DNA of 62,867 bases, the filler included, from Octopus bimaculoides (taxonomy: Eukaryota), in the NCBI RefSeq assembly GCF_001194135.2. It is 6 parts of 5 records of this genome, joined end to end, with 100 filler letters (N's around TTAATTAATTAA, not from the genome) between each part and the next. Parts side by side here need not be neighbours in the genome. Positions count along the whole stretch, not along the records: positions 23,848 to 40,505 come from NC_069000.1; positions 40,606 to 46,063 come from NC_068997.1; positions 46,164 to 53,516 come from NC_069003.1; 3 more parts are not named here. One strand, given 5' to 3'. Every line of letters starts with the position of its first letter. Within the stretch, counting starts at the first letter, position 1. This document shows, one piece after another, positions 36,864 to 49,214 of the stretch. The notes beneath the pieces were generated by a model. The model saw only the letters and a list, made by a program, of their open reading frames with translations. It searched no databases and was not told the DNA's origin. Position numbers and translations under genes: made by a program.

Positions 36864-38234
36864 GGTTTAGATATAGATTCAAGGCTTGAATATGGTACTT
36901 ATGCGAAGGCACCCGAATATCACATCCCAAAAGGATGGGTGATTAAAATCAAATAATAAGCAACACGGATTTCAAAAGTGATTGCAGTACGCACGTTTCA
37001 TGCTACTTCAATTTATTTAAGTAATGTGAGCATTACCTTAAATGCAATATGAAGAGCAATCTTCAGCTGCACGAAAAAATGTAGAAAAAAAGACATATAT
37101 ATATATATANNNNNNNNNNNNNNNNNNNNNNNNNNNNNNNNNNNNNNNNNNNNNNNNNNNNNNNNNNNNNNNNNNNNNNNNNNNNNNNNNNNNNNNNNNN
37201 NNNNNNNNNNNNNNNNNNNNNNNNNNNNNNNNNNNNNNNNNNNNNNNNNNNNNNNNNNNNNNNNNNNNNNNNNNNNNNNNNNNNNNNNNNNNNNNNNNNN
37301 NNNNNNNNNNNNNNNNNNNNNNNNNNNNNNNNNNNNNNNNNNNNNNNNNNNNNNNNNNNNNNNNNNNNNNNNNNNNNNNNNNNNNNNNNNNNNNNNNNNN
37401 NNNNNNNNNNNNNNNNNNNNNNNNNNNNNNNNNNNNNNNNNNNNNNNNNNNNNNNNNNNNNNNNNNNNNNNNNNNNNNNNNNNNNNNNNNNNNNNNNNNN
37501 NNNNNNNNNNNNNNNNNNNNNNNNNNNNNNNNNNNNNNNNNNNNNNNNNNNNNNNNNNNNNNNNNNNNNNNNNNNNNNNNNNNNNNNNNNNNNNNNNNNN
37601 NNNNNNNNNNNNNNNNNNNNNNNNNNNNNNNNNNNNNNNNNNNNNNNNNNNNNNNNNNNNNNNNNNNNNNNNNNNNNNNNNNNNNNNNNNNNNNNNNNNN
37701 NNNNNNNNNNNNNNNNNNNNNNNNNNNNNNNNNNNNNNNNNNNNNNNNNNNNNNNNNNNNNNNNNNNNNNNNNNNNNNNNNNNNNNNNNNNNNNNNNNNN
37801 NNNNNNNNNNNNNNNNNNNNNNNCAAGCCAACAATTTCCCCTTGTTTCCCTCAGAAATCACCAATTTGTTTTTACTCTTGCAATTTCTCAGAAACATATT
37901 TAAGAAATAAATATTTGCATTGCTTTAGGTTGGACATTATTCGCATTAATTCATATGTATTCTCTTTTAATTGTTTCTTCTCTTCGATTTAATTTATCTG
38001 AACCAAATCAACCAGATGCCATCACCCTCCGGCTTATCGACTGCAGACGATCACGTCATTTCCTTGTCGTCTGACAAACATTTCTTCGAAACATAACTGA
38101 TAAAGTAGGTTCTGGTATAGATATAACAAATTTTACCAACTCAGATGTCGTAGTCGGTTTATTTATCATTAAAAAAAAAATCTTCTCCGATATTACTGTT
38201 TCTTTACATATTCTATGATTGAAACAGACAATAC

Positions 38235-38865
38235 AGGCGTGCTAGTAGAATCGTTAGCGCGCCGAACGAAATGCTGTTAAGCATTTCGTTCGTCTTTACG
38301 TTCTGAGTTCAAATTCCATTGAGGTCGACCTTGCCTTTCATCTTCTCGGGGTCAATGGAATAAGCACCAGGTGAACACTGCGGTTAATGTAATCGACTGG
38401 CCTCCTAAAAATTCAGGTCTTGTGCCTATGGTAAAAAAGTAAGAAGGATTATAGAATAACATTTACATAGAGGAATATGGCAGCGAACTGGCAGAATCGT
38501 CAGCCCCTCCGGACGAAACACCGCTAAGCATTTCGTGTCTCTACGTTCAGAGTTCAAATTCCGCTAAAGTAGACTTTGCCCTTCATCCTTTCGGAGTCAA
38601 TAAAATAAGTACCAATTGAACACTGTGATTGATAATCAACTTCCCCCACCCCTCAAAATTGTATGTGCGTTTGTCCTACTCCCAACGCTTGACAACTAGT
38701 GTTGGTTTGTTTAAGTCACCGTGAGTTAGTTTCGACAGAAACAACCAATACGATAGGTGCGAAGCTTTAAAAAGAAATATTGGGATCGATTTATTCGACT
38801 GAACCCTTCGAGGCGCTGCCCCAGCATGGCAGCAGTCCAATGACAAAAGAAAGAAAAAGAAAGAA
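38235..38865 (+). mobile_element. Two tandem SINE C copies followed by a module B copy
   Basis: Heads at about 38235 and 38478; module B from about 38665. Confidence 0.8.
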
Positions 38866-39171
38866 AAAATAAAGATTAGTGTGTGATCTTTTAGATTGGA
38901 AGGAAAGCAGTACTCATAAGTCTTCACAGTTTCCGAAACTGTTGGAAGCCAGGGACGAAGTTATCCGCAAACCGGAGACTTGCTCCCGAATTCTTTACGA
39001 ACAGAGTGAACTCCGCTAGGGACACTCGAAGTATAAAAGGTGAGGGTTGTTAAATCAGACAGCAAAATTTAAAAAATTTTTTTTAATAAGTATACCACGT
39101 ACTGTAGGCTATGGTGGAATTTGAACTTCAGGACCCAAGATGTAGGAATAGAATAACTGCATGTGTATACA

Positions 39172-39560
39172 TAGGCGCAGGCGTGGCTGTGTGGTAAGAA
39201 GCTTCCTAGCCACATGGTTCCAGGTACAGTCCTACTGCGTGGCATCTTGGGTGGGTGTCTTTTGCTATAGCCTCGGGCCGACTAAAGCCTTGTAAGTGGA
39301 TTTGGTAGACGGAAACTGAAAGAAACCCGTGGTATGTGTGTGTGTCTATGTTTGTCCCCCACCACCGCTTGACAACCGGTGTTGTTGTGTTTACCTCCCC
39401 GTAACGTAGCGGTTCAGCAAAGACACAGATAGAATGAGCTACCAAGCTTTAAAAAAAAAACTGAAAAGAAGTACTGGGTCGATACGTCCGACTAAAATTC
39501 TTCAAGGTGGTGCCCCAGTATGGCCACACTCTAATGACTGAAACAGATAAAAAGAATAAT
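39172..39560 (+). mobile_element. SINE family A+B composite
   Basis: Consensus match. Confidence 0.9.
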
Positions 39561-40241
39561 GAGTATATATACACACACACACACGTGTGCGTGTTTAAAG
39601 ACAACACACGCTCACATTCAGAGGCACATATATGCACACACACACACACATTGCTGAAGACAACTCACACCACACACTCACAGTCACCTTATCTGTGTGT
39701 GAGTTTTTGTGACTTTGTGCATGTATGCGTGTGTATGTATTTGTGACTGTATGACTGCGTCTATATGGTATGACCTAGATTCCAACAGACAGTAAGTAAA
39801 AATAAAGAAAGCAAAAGTAAAAAAAGCTAACACAAGAAAGAGAAAAAAAAATGACACCTCTACCCTTTTAGCCTCGCACTGCACTAGACACACAATAAGA
39901 CAGGGAGATATAGTAGAGAGAGAGACTGATCTGACGACAGCTATGATTGGCTGAGCAGGTTTCTGGAGGTCAAGGTTTATTGGTTGATGTTTTGGAGTCA
40001 CGGGAGTCGGCAGGGAGAATGAAGGCGGGGCTGAGAACAAAATAGTAAAAGTCAAGAAAAAAATCTAATATTAGCTGGAAATGGAGTTAAAAAAAAAAAC
40101 AATGAAAATAGTAATAACAATATTAAAACTGACGTGCAAAGAGATGGGCGGAGTCAATAGTAAATACACACGCACACACGTATGTGTGTGTATACATATA
40201 TAAGATGTTAGAATTAAGATTGGAAGTTTAACACAGACACA

Positions 40242-40283
<42 letters not shown>

Positions 40284-40505
40284 AATATATATATATGTAA
40301 GTTTTGAACTATATATATATATATATATACATATGATCTTGTTAGATTTGAGATTGTCAAGATCCTGTGTATGCATTATATACATTTGTGTGTGTGTGTG
40401 TGTGAATTTCGGTAATATGATTCTTTGAAGTGGTTTGTTGTTGTGGTGGTGGAGATGAAAGAACGTTGTATCGAAATATCAAATGTCATGTATGTATATA
40501 GGTTA

Positions 40506-40605
40506 NNNNNNNNNNNNNNNNNNNNNNNNNNNNNNNNNNNNNNNNNNNNTTAATTAATTAANNNNNNNNNNNNNNNNNNNNNNNNNNNNNNNNNNNNNNN
40601 NNNNN
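40506..40605. other. Assembly linker (44 N + TTAATTAATTAA + 44 N)
   Basis: Artefact. Confidence 0.95.
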
Positions 40606-40684
40606 TCAACGTATGGACGCTGATTACTCACGTTCATAGTCTACGTTTGGTTTCTGAAATTTTGAATTTTCAATCACCTTTTGG

Positions 40685-40729
40685 TTTGAACTTGAGAAAG
40701 ACAGACGTTCTGTCGAAATGTTGTTCAAA
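40685..40729 (+). ncRNA. Minimal type I hammerhead ribozyme motif with U3-A8 variant (Penelope-like terminus)
   Basis: Stem I TTTGAAC/GTTCAAA; core TTGAGAA + extra A; stem II GACAGA(CGT)TCTGTC; GAAA-TG-T-T; AATAAA at 40731. Confidence 0.7.
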
Positions 40730-40773
40730 AAATAAAACATCTAAAATCGCGCTCTTCGTTTTGACTAATAATG

Positions 40774-40816
<43 letters not shown>

Positions 40817-40844
40817 TGATGATGATGATGATGATGATGATAAA

Positions 40845-41010
40845 TAGATCTGACAGGTTAGCTTGGGAAGTTAACCAGTTGTGCTCGCTGAAAAATGTGG
40901 TAGTCGTTCCAATAACTGTCGGGGCCCTGGGAACAGTGAGTGAAAATATTGAGAAGTACATGGAACAAATAGAGGCTGTAATGAGTGTGGAGCACTTGCA
41001 GAAAATAACA
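40845..41010 (+). mobile_element. R4/Dong RLE-domain C-terminal fragment
   Basis: LAWEVNQLCSLKNVVVVPITVGALGTVSENIEKY...VEHLQK; begins right after (TAA)n(TGA)n. Confidence 0.75.
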
Positions 41011-41473
41011 CCGGGCCATTGCGCCTCCGAGCGTGTCCTTTAGTGGTTGACAATATGTGCATCTCTGATCACGAGCAGGAGTAGTGGTGGAACATTGAGA
41101 GGATTCTTTAGGGATTGAATAATTCACTTCTGGAAACATGGGTGTTTCGTTTCGTTCATCATCCTTAAACAACCCTTATTCAGAGACCTTTTGAGCGGGG
41201 TGGTCCTCTCGACCTGAAGAAAATTTTAACTGGACCCCCACCTGCCAGCTCATGCGCAATTTATTTTGATGTGAGGTTACCATGTTGCGCACATATGGTT
41301 GTGATGCATGTGTCTGGTGTACCCTTATCAGATGGGTAGTCATGATGGATATATTGGGCTTCGAATATTTGTACCCCAGAGTCACATTAATGGCATGCAT
41401 TGCTCTCTCACTCAATAACAACAATAATGAAAATAATGATGATGATGATGGTGATGATGATTTCTTTTATTAT

Positions 41474-41534
<61 letters not shown>

Positions 41535-41536
<2 letters not shown>

Positions 41537-41742
41537 CCTTTCTATTATATGCACAAGGCCTGAAATTTTGTTGGAGATGTCGACTATATCGACCCGAGTG
41601 CTCAACTAGGATTGACGCCAAAATTATGCAAGACCGAGTCAGCCTCAGCAGAATTTGAACTCAGAACGTAGTGTCGAAAGAAGTGCTGCAAAGAATTTAC
41701 TCTGATACTCTAACAATTCTGCCTGCTCGCCACTTTTAATGA
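41535..41742 (-). mobile_element. SINE family C (degenerate)
   Basis: Reverse-complement consensus match; ATT tail at 41470-41535. Confidence 0.75.
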
Positions 41743-41921
41743 TAAAAAATAACAACAGTAACAGCAACAACTGCATCNNNNNNNNNNNNNNNNNNNNNNN
41801 NNNNNNNNNNNNNNNNNNNNNNNNNNNNNNNNNNNNNNNNNNNNNNNNNNNNNNNNNNNNNNNNNNNNNNNNNNNNNNNNNNNNNNNNNNNNNNNNNNNN
41901 NNNNNNNNNNNNNNNNNNNNN

Positions 41922-41985
41922 AGAAGAAGAAGAAGAAGAAGAAGAAGAAGAAGAAGAAGAAGAAGAAGAAGAAGAAGAAGAAGAA
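41922..41985. repeat. (AAG)n
   Basis: Direct reading. Confidence 0.95.
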
Positions 41986-42685
41986 AAACGCTTATAATGT
42001 CACAATCACAAAAAAAATCCTGTTTTTGTCCACTTTGTGCGTAAATACACACTTGTATACATGCCGGCGTATACATACATACATACATTTATACATACAG
42101 CAATGATGACGATGATGAGAATGATAATTTGACAACGCCAAAGATGACAATGCCACAATGCAAATATAGATGTGCAGCCAGATTCTTTTGTTATTCTATG
42201 AGTAGTTTCCGACTGCTGAACAATTTTTCAAGAAGTCTTTTTTTTTTAATTCATTACTTCTCGCTTTGTGAATTACTTTCAATCAATTGTAGAGGAAATT
42301 TGTTTTTGGTTCTTCTTTGAAGTTGAAGATAGTTTGGTATTTCCTAAATAGTGAGCGGATGCGCTCCATATTTTTTGGCAGTATACAAATCTATATCTTT
42401 TACGTTTTTTTTTGTTTTTTTTTTAACTGGCATGACATTAAGAAAAGTTTAAAGTAGTTCTTGTGGAGTAGGTTGGAAAAATAACGTCTAGTCAAATAAG
42501 AAAACGATGGCCAAACGTTAGGCTGATAAATGAAGAGAATGTAGTTGTTTTGAAAGGGAATTTTTGGCGACAGCACAAACAAAGTTGTTACACAGTTTTT
42601 GAATCTCCACATACATCTCAGGGTATATGGAGAAGATAAGAAAATCACACATATCAATTTTAGAAACCATGATGGAATCGACATA

Positions 42686-43530
42686 GTGACCTGATCAATA
42701 AGTATCCGGACTGTTGCCGTAGTAACGAAGTTAAAGAACGTACAGTGAAGCCGCTTGGCACAGATTGACCTTCAATTCTGCTGTGCATGTGCACCAAGCT
42801 TTAACGTTCTAGCTCACTTCTACCGTTTACAACAGTGCTTGGAAGGAAGCTGTGTAGCGTGTGATTGTCGCATTGACCATGACAGAGAAAGTTGAGCAGA
42901 TGATCTGCATCAAATTTTGCCAAAATCTTGGCGATACCTGCTCAGAGGCCTAGGCAAAGTTTTCAAAAAGTTTTCATCGTTCTCGACACAATCAAGATCT
43001 TGCGCAACTGAAACTTGAGTGTCTTCTTGGTCAGCTGAAAACAGTTTTGGCACAAACTTGGCAACTTTCATGCCCAAATCTTCACTGGACTGAACCGTAA
43101 CTAATCTGCACATCCTCTGATAACTCACGGATGGTGATTCGGCGATTATCCCTCAAAGCTGCAGGCACATCTGCGATGTTTTTCTCAGTTCTGCTGGTTG
43201 CGAGTCTCCCAGAGCGTTCATCAATATTGACATATTTTCAACCATCTTGGAAACGTCTGAAGCACTCATACACTTGTGTGCGGCTCATACACTCCTCTAC
43301 ATACACTTTCTGCAAATTTGCATAGGCCTCTGAGCAGGTATCACCATAACAACTTCCTCTGTCATGAAAAATGCGACGATCACACGCTACACACCTTCCT
43401 TCCAAGCACTGCTGCAAACGGCAGAAGTGAGCTAGAGCGTTAAAACTTGGTACACATGCAAAGCAGAGTTCAAAGTCAATCAGTGCCAAGCGGCTTTACT
43501 CTGCGTGCTTTGAATTCGTTACTATGGCAA
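42686..43530. mobile_element. Foldback mariner derivative made of two 5' ends in inverted orientation
   Basis: Plus arm: TGATCAATAAGTATCCGGACT then ATG at 42879 (MTEKVEQMICIKFCQNLGDTCSEA*). The minus arm from 43530 repeats the same 5' UTR and runs into the HTH region (SRTQVYECFRRFQDG...RITIRELSEDV). Confidence 0.8.
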
Positions 43531-43632
43531 GGCTACAGTAGAAGACATTTGCCCAAGGTGCCACGCAGTGGGACTGAACCCGGAATCATGTGGTTGGTTA
43601 GCAAGCTACTTACCGCACAGCCACTCCTGCGA
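43531..43632 (-). mobile_element. SINE family A 5' fragment truncating the mariner arm
   Basis: Reverse complement of GCAGGAGTGGCTGTGCGGTAAG... Confidence 0.85.
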
Positions 43633-44149
43633 TAAATTATATAACTATTTCATTTGCTTGTTGGTGTTAATTCATTTGGTCATTTTATGATATCCCTATG
43701 AATAATTTCAACTGCTTTAAAGTTGGAACGCGTTTGAATTACGTAACATCACATTTCATGCAAATTATGTGCTTTCCCTTTGTTTGGGATAAGTGTGATA
43801 AATTAGCGTGGTCTTTTTACTTCAGCGGGCTTAACAGATTATCTACTTTCTAATCAATTGGTATAACTGTTATTAATACCTTCTCTATCCTGATAAGTTC
43901 TGCGTAGAGTAGGAGGTTATGATATATCTAGTGTGCTCTTTGGAGGAGCGAGCGATTTTATGAAAGAAATGTATATTTAAGAGGTCAAACATTGGGATAA
44001 ACACTTGTCAAAGAGTTCTGGTAATAAATGGTAACGGTTAATATTGTGGAAGGAAGTTTTGTTCTTAACCCATAAATCATGTACAAATTTTAGATTCTAT
44101 GTTATTAAACTCCTTACGATTGTGCAATTGCGTCTTATCTTCGAAAGCT

Positions 44150-44374
44150 ACTCATATGCATACATACTTACATACATACAGCATACATATACATATATTC
44201 AGACATACATGTATGTGCATATATGTATATGTACATATATACATGCACATACTTACCTATATACATGCATATATAAATATATATATATATATATATACAT
44301 ACATACATACGTTTATATATACATATATACATATATATGTACNNNNNNNNNNTACAAATATACATATATATATG

Positions 44375-44412
<38 letters not shown>

Positions 44413-44553
44413 CATACATACGTTTATATATACATATATACATATATATGTACATATGTACGTAATGCGTGTGCATATATGTGTGTATCTATATACACAC
44501 ATACACATATATATATATGTTTATATATGTATATATATATATATACATATGTG

Positions 44554-44623
<70 letters not shown>

Positions 44624-44705
44624 TACATATACATACGTACATACACATACATACATACGTACATATATACATACATATGTACATGCATGTGCGTGTGCGT
44701 GCGCG
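44150..44705. repeat. (TA)/(CATA) compound microsatellite
   Basis: Direct reading. Confidence 0.95.
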
Positions 44706-45904
44706 CATATCGTCAACATACCGACCCAACGACCTGCAAAAGATTGCAAATCGAGAATTATCTTAATATATATGAGAAATTGCAACGAAAATCTCCATCA
44801 AATCACATCCTCACATCCAAAGGATAAATATACTGGACAATGTAACACACTTGATAAACAAAAGGCCGAATGGTTATGGCTACTCGATAAATGGTGACCT
44901 AGGTTTGACCGCGGTTAAACACCCACAGTATATCGGCTAAATGTTAATGGCTTCAGACGATCTAGCAGTTTTGAATATTTCCTACTATATATATTATGTA
45001 ATAAAAAGTTGCGAAACTGGGCTAAAACGGAGATCTGAAAATAGTTGCATAAGTGTGAAGTATACATGAAAATTATATCATTACGCAACACTTTAGGCAA
45101 ATGTCCGATTTTGTTAAATATCTTTCAACCACTTGAAATATTCCAAATTTCCACCAGATTTCTTTTTTCTAATTTTCTACATTAATGTAGCTTCTTTATT
45201 ATTAACTTCTAGAACAAAAAAAAAATGAATGCGATTTTTTTTTTTTTCTTTTTCAGGATGCAAAATCACAGTTTATGAAAATATAATCTGGTGAAAATTT
45301 GAAATACTTCAAGTGCTTGGAGGAATTTCAACTAGAACTCAAGGATCTTCTGCCATAACTTCTAATAGATTAATATCTTGTAAGTGGAATTTTGTTGACA
45401 TATACCATGCAGAACGTATGTTATGTGTATGTGTCATTTATGAAAAGACGCTAAAAAGTACACTGTGGTGTTATGTACTATAAACTCTTTGCTAATCGCT
45501 TAACCTATTAGAAAAGTGTTAACGGTATTTAGCAATGTCGAGTTTAATGAAGGTACTATCGAGAGGTTGCTTATAGCGGTGTGTATGTTGTAGACCATCG
45601 TGTGGTTGTGATTGGCTGTGTGTATTATAAATGAAGTTGACTCATGAACGTTCAACAATATTTATGGATAGAAATTATATAGAAATTATAAGAAATTATA
45701 ATAAATCTCTGATAATAAAATTATAATAAATCTCTGAGCGAGGTATAAACAGTAGCCGCACGACATCGGGAAGTACATTTGCCACCTAAATGTGGCTAAC
45801 CCTTAAGGGTTGATGCTGCTGTTGCTTGTAGCCCCAGGAAGACATCTCCCCCAGCTGGCTATTGACACACTATCTGTGCCCTATCAGTATTTGCAAAGGG
45901 AAGT

Positions 45905-46063
45905 CAGCTTGCTTACCAACCACGGTTCCGGGTTCAGCCCCACTGCGTGGAACCTTGGGCAAGTGTCTTCTACTATAGCCTCGGGCCGACCAAAGGCTTC
46001 TGAGTGGATTTGGTAGAGGAAACGGAAAGAAGCCTGTCGTATATAAATGTGTGTGTGTGTGTG
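45905..46063 (+). mobile_element. SINE family A (5'-truncated)
   Basis: Consensus match running into a gap. Confidence 0.85.
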
Positions 46064-46163
46064 NNNNNNNNNNNNNNNNNNNNNNNNNNNNNNNNNNNNN
46101 NNNNNNNTTAATTAATTAANNNNNNNNNNNNNNNNNNNNNNNNNNNNNNNNNNNNNNNNNNNN
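46064..46163. other. Assembly linker (44 N + TTAATTAATTAA + 44 N)
   Basis: Artefact; distance and orientation across it are uncertain. Confidence 0.95.
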
Positions 46164-47079
46164 TTTCGACACACACACACACACACACTCACTACTGGCG
46201 GGCTGGAACACACTCGCACAGACGGGATGGCACAACGTGAGACATAAGGTATTCGCTATTCACTCGTCATACGCCCCACTAACCCACAATTCCAACCACC
46301 GCCTCACACCGTCCTTGAAATATTTATGGTTCTACAAAAAAAAAAAAGAAAAAAGAACCTTTTCTAATTTCGACACACACACACACACACACGCACACGC
46401 ACACGCACAGTCTTCGTTGTCGTCCTCAAAGCAAAATAAGGCGGAGAAACCGGTCAGCTGAAATAGGTTTCTTGGTCAGTCTCGATGAATAAGAGATCTT
46501 CATGGCTTAAAGATCAGAAATAAAACCTTTCATTGAAAATTGCTTAATGAGATACTCGTCGTCTTAGTTAATGTGAATTTTAAATGAGCTTCGGTTGGGT
46601 GCCGGGTAAAGTGCGTCGTAACGTTAAGGTTTTTTGCATTCTTGTGTTCAATTTCTATTAGGCTGTGGCCATTTAATCATTCCGAGGTCCTCGATCGGTT
46701 GTTGGCGTTGCTATACAGCCCTAGGTCTGTCCTGATTGAGAAGACTTTTGATCCAATTTTCACTCACACACACACAACTATTAAATCAGGCCCTAAAACA
46801 ATGTTTCTCACACCATTTTTTACCTATAGTTCCCTTTGATACTAATTTTACTTGGTTGGACTTTCATAGCCATTCGATGTTTAAGAAATCCCCTTATATT
46901 TTTATAATTGAGTATAATTAGGAATTGTATTAAAATAAAATGATAAATTTATTGCCCTTAAACTTTAACAACAAAATCTTATATACGGACCTCCAAAGGT
47001 CATATGAACCCTCCCAAGGTCGTCTGGACCCCTCACTATTTAATGTCTTTTCCAGTTTCGTTATTATTAAGGGCACTGG

Positions 47080-47345
47080 GGTTCGATGTAATCGACCATG
47101 CTCCCCACAACAAAAAAATTTCAGGTCACGTGCCGAAAGTAGAAAGGATTAAGGCGGCGAGCTGGCAGAATCGTTAGCACGCCGAATTAAATGCTTAGTG
47201 GCATTTCTTTCGGCTTTGTATTCTGAGTACAAATAACACCAAAGTCGACTTAGCCTTTCACCCTTTCAGAATCGATGGAATTTACTAGTCCCCCCTCTAC
47301 CTTTCTCCCAAAATTTCATGCTTTATGCCTATAGTAGAAAATATG
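47080..47345 (+). mobile_element. SINE family C (3' fragment then deleted full copy)
   Basis: AAGGCGGCGAGCTGGCAGAATCGTTAGCACGCC at about 47152. Confidence 0.85.
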
Positions 47346-48617
47346 TTTATTATATATTGGTGGCGTGTGACTTGAGGGAGATTTGGCTGGTATTTTTTAG
47401 CAGGCTGAGGATCATGCGCAGGTTAGCTCGTTATATGCTTGGAGTTATTTTATCAACTGCACATAGCTCCAACGACAATATGTGGACTTGCAGTAATGAT
47501 ATAAAATCTTTATTGCATATCATATAGGGTTTGAGTTGCAGACGACAGACCATAAGACAGCCACTAAAATGTGGTATTTGTTACAGCTCTTTACAGTGAG
47601 TTCAAATCCCGCCTAGGCCGTCTTCCGAGGTCGACTATGAAACATATACAGTACGTGTGTGTACATCATGGTAAGCAACACTTCGCGCTCGTTTAAAAAA
47701 TGTGCGACGTTGTACCTATCCTGCATTTCATTCAAGCAGTCCTGAGCTCAATTTCCACCAGGGTTGTTAAATTTACCTTTCTTCAACCCGGGGTCCATAT
47801 AATAAGGTTTTACTGGGCCTTAAACAGCAGTATCGACTAAAACCCCTTAAGGTGGTGGTCCAGCGTGGCCGCAGTTAAATGACTGAAACGGGAAAATATA
47901 TATATATAAATATAACGTGAGAGAGTTAGGGGTTGGGGGTTCAACCCACTAAGGGATAGTATCTATCCAGTATACTGCTGGGAGGTACCCAATTATTGCT
48001 ACACTAGTGCTATACTAGGTGCAATCAATGGGAGCGGGTAAAATATATATATATATATATATATGATGTGTGTGTGTGTCCAGTTGCGCTTGAACATATT
48101 GCAGCTTTAGTTCACGTGAACGGATTCACAACACCTCAACGGGTTATCGGTTCTTCTACGATTTTATGCCGATGTGAAGAAAAGACCTCAAAAATTCCAC
48201 ATAAACAACAATATGGAATCTTTTTACCTCAAGTAACTTCGGCGGCTATTCCCGTCACCAGCCACAAATAAATAATGTGTGTGCGTGTGCGTGTGCGTGT
48301 GCGTGTGCGTGTGCGTGTGCGTGTGCGTGTGTTACTATGTGTTCTCTAGTCAGATCAAGTATGTTCACAGTATTATCATCATCATCATCATTTAATGTGA
48401 AACTAGTTGAATTCCTTTTATATATTTTCTTATTCTCCCACTTCAAACTTTCCCTTTACTCCTCCTCCTCCAAATATGCAATAACACATTTCTGAATAAT
48501 AATAATAATAATAATAACAACATACTTTGGACTTTCTTTGTTATATATTTAGGATCAACATGTGCTTTCTAATGTCGTTCACAGCGCCAATACACACGCC
48601 ATCGCGCACATATATAT

Positions 48618-48985
48618 GTGCAGGCGTGGCTGTGTAGTAGGAGACCTGCTGGGTTCAGTCCTACTACGTGGCACCTAAGGCAACTGTCGCCTACTACAGC
48701 CTCGGGCCGACCAAAGCCTTGTGAGTGGATTTGATAGACGGAAACTGAAAGAAGCCCGTCATATTATATATATATATATTCTTTTATTCTTTTCAGTCAT
48801 TTGGCTGCGGCCATGCTGGAGCACCGCCTTTAGTCGAACAAATCGACCCCGGAACTTATTCTTTGTAAGCCTAGTACTTATTCTATTGGTTTCTTTTGCC
48901 GAACCGCTAAGTTATGGGGACGTAAACACACCAGCATCGGTTGTCAAGCGATGTTGGGTGGGAGTGACACACACACACACACACA
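48618..48985. mobile_element. SINE module A (+, 48618-48765) joined to module B in inverted orientation (-, 48781-48985)
   Basis: The second part is the reverse complement of module B, including its (TG)n linker. Confidence 0.85.
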
Positions 48986-49214
48986 NNNNNNNNNNNNNNN
49001 NNNNNNNNNNNNNNNNNNNNNNNNNNNNNNNNNNNNNNNNNNNNNNNNNNNNNNNNNGTACTAAGGTACGGAAACGTAAACAAACAATCACCTCAGGACC
49101 TCAACGTAGCAAGATACTATTGATCTCTGCTATGGTGCTGAGTACTCTTAAATCTTTATTACAGGCACGAAGGCCTCATTACGTGCTGAGTACTCTTTTC
49201 CCAACATCCGGCAA

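Noticed and set aside
41012-41410. Possible HDV-like ribozyme in a presumed retroelement 5' region
   Set aside because: I could not build the nested double pseudoknot by eye; it needs an RNAMotif/Infernal search.
45780-45905. Hairpins, 14-bp palindrome AACCCTTAAGGGTT and a minus-strand hammerhead-like stem
   Set aside because: The core is CUGAUAG/AAUA rather than CUGANGA/GAAA and there is no stem I; probably a retroelement end that I cannot classify.
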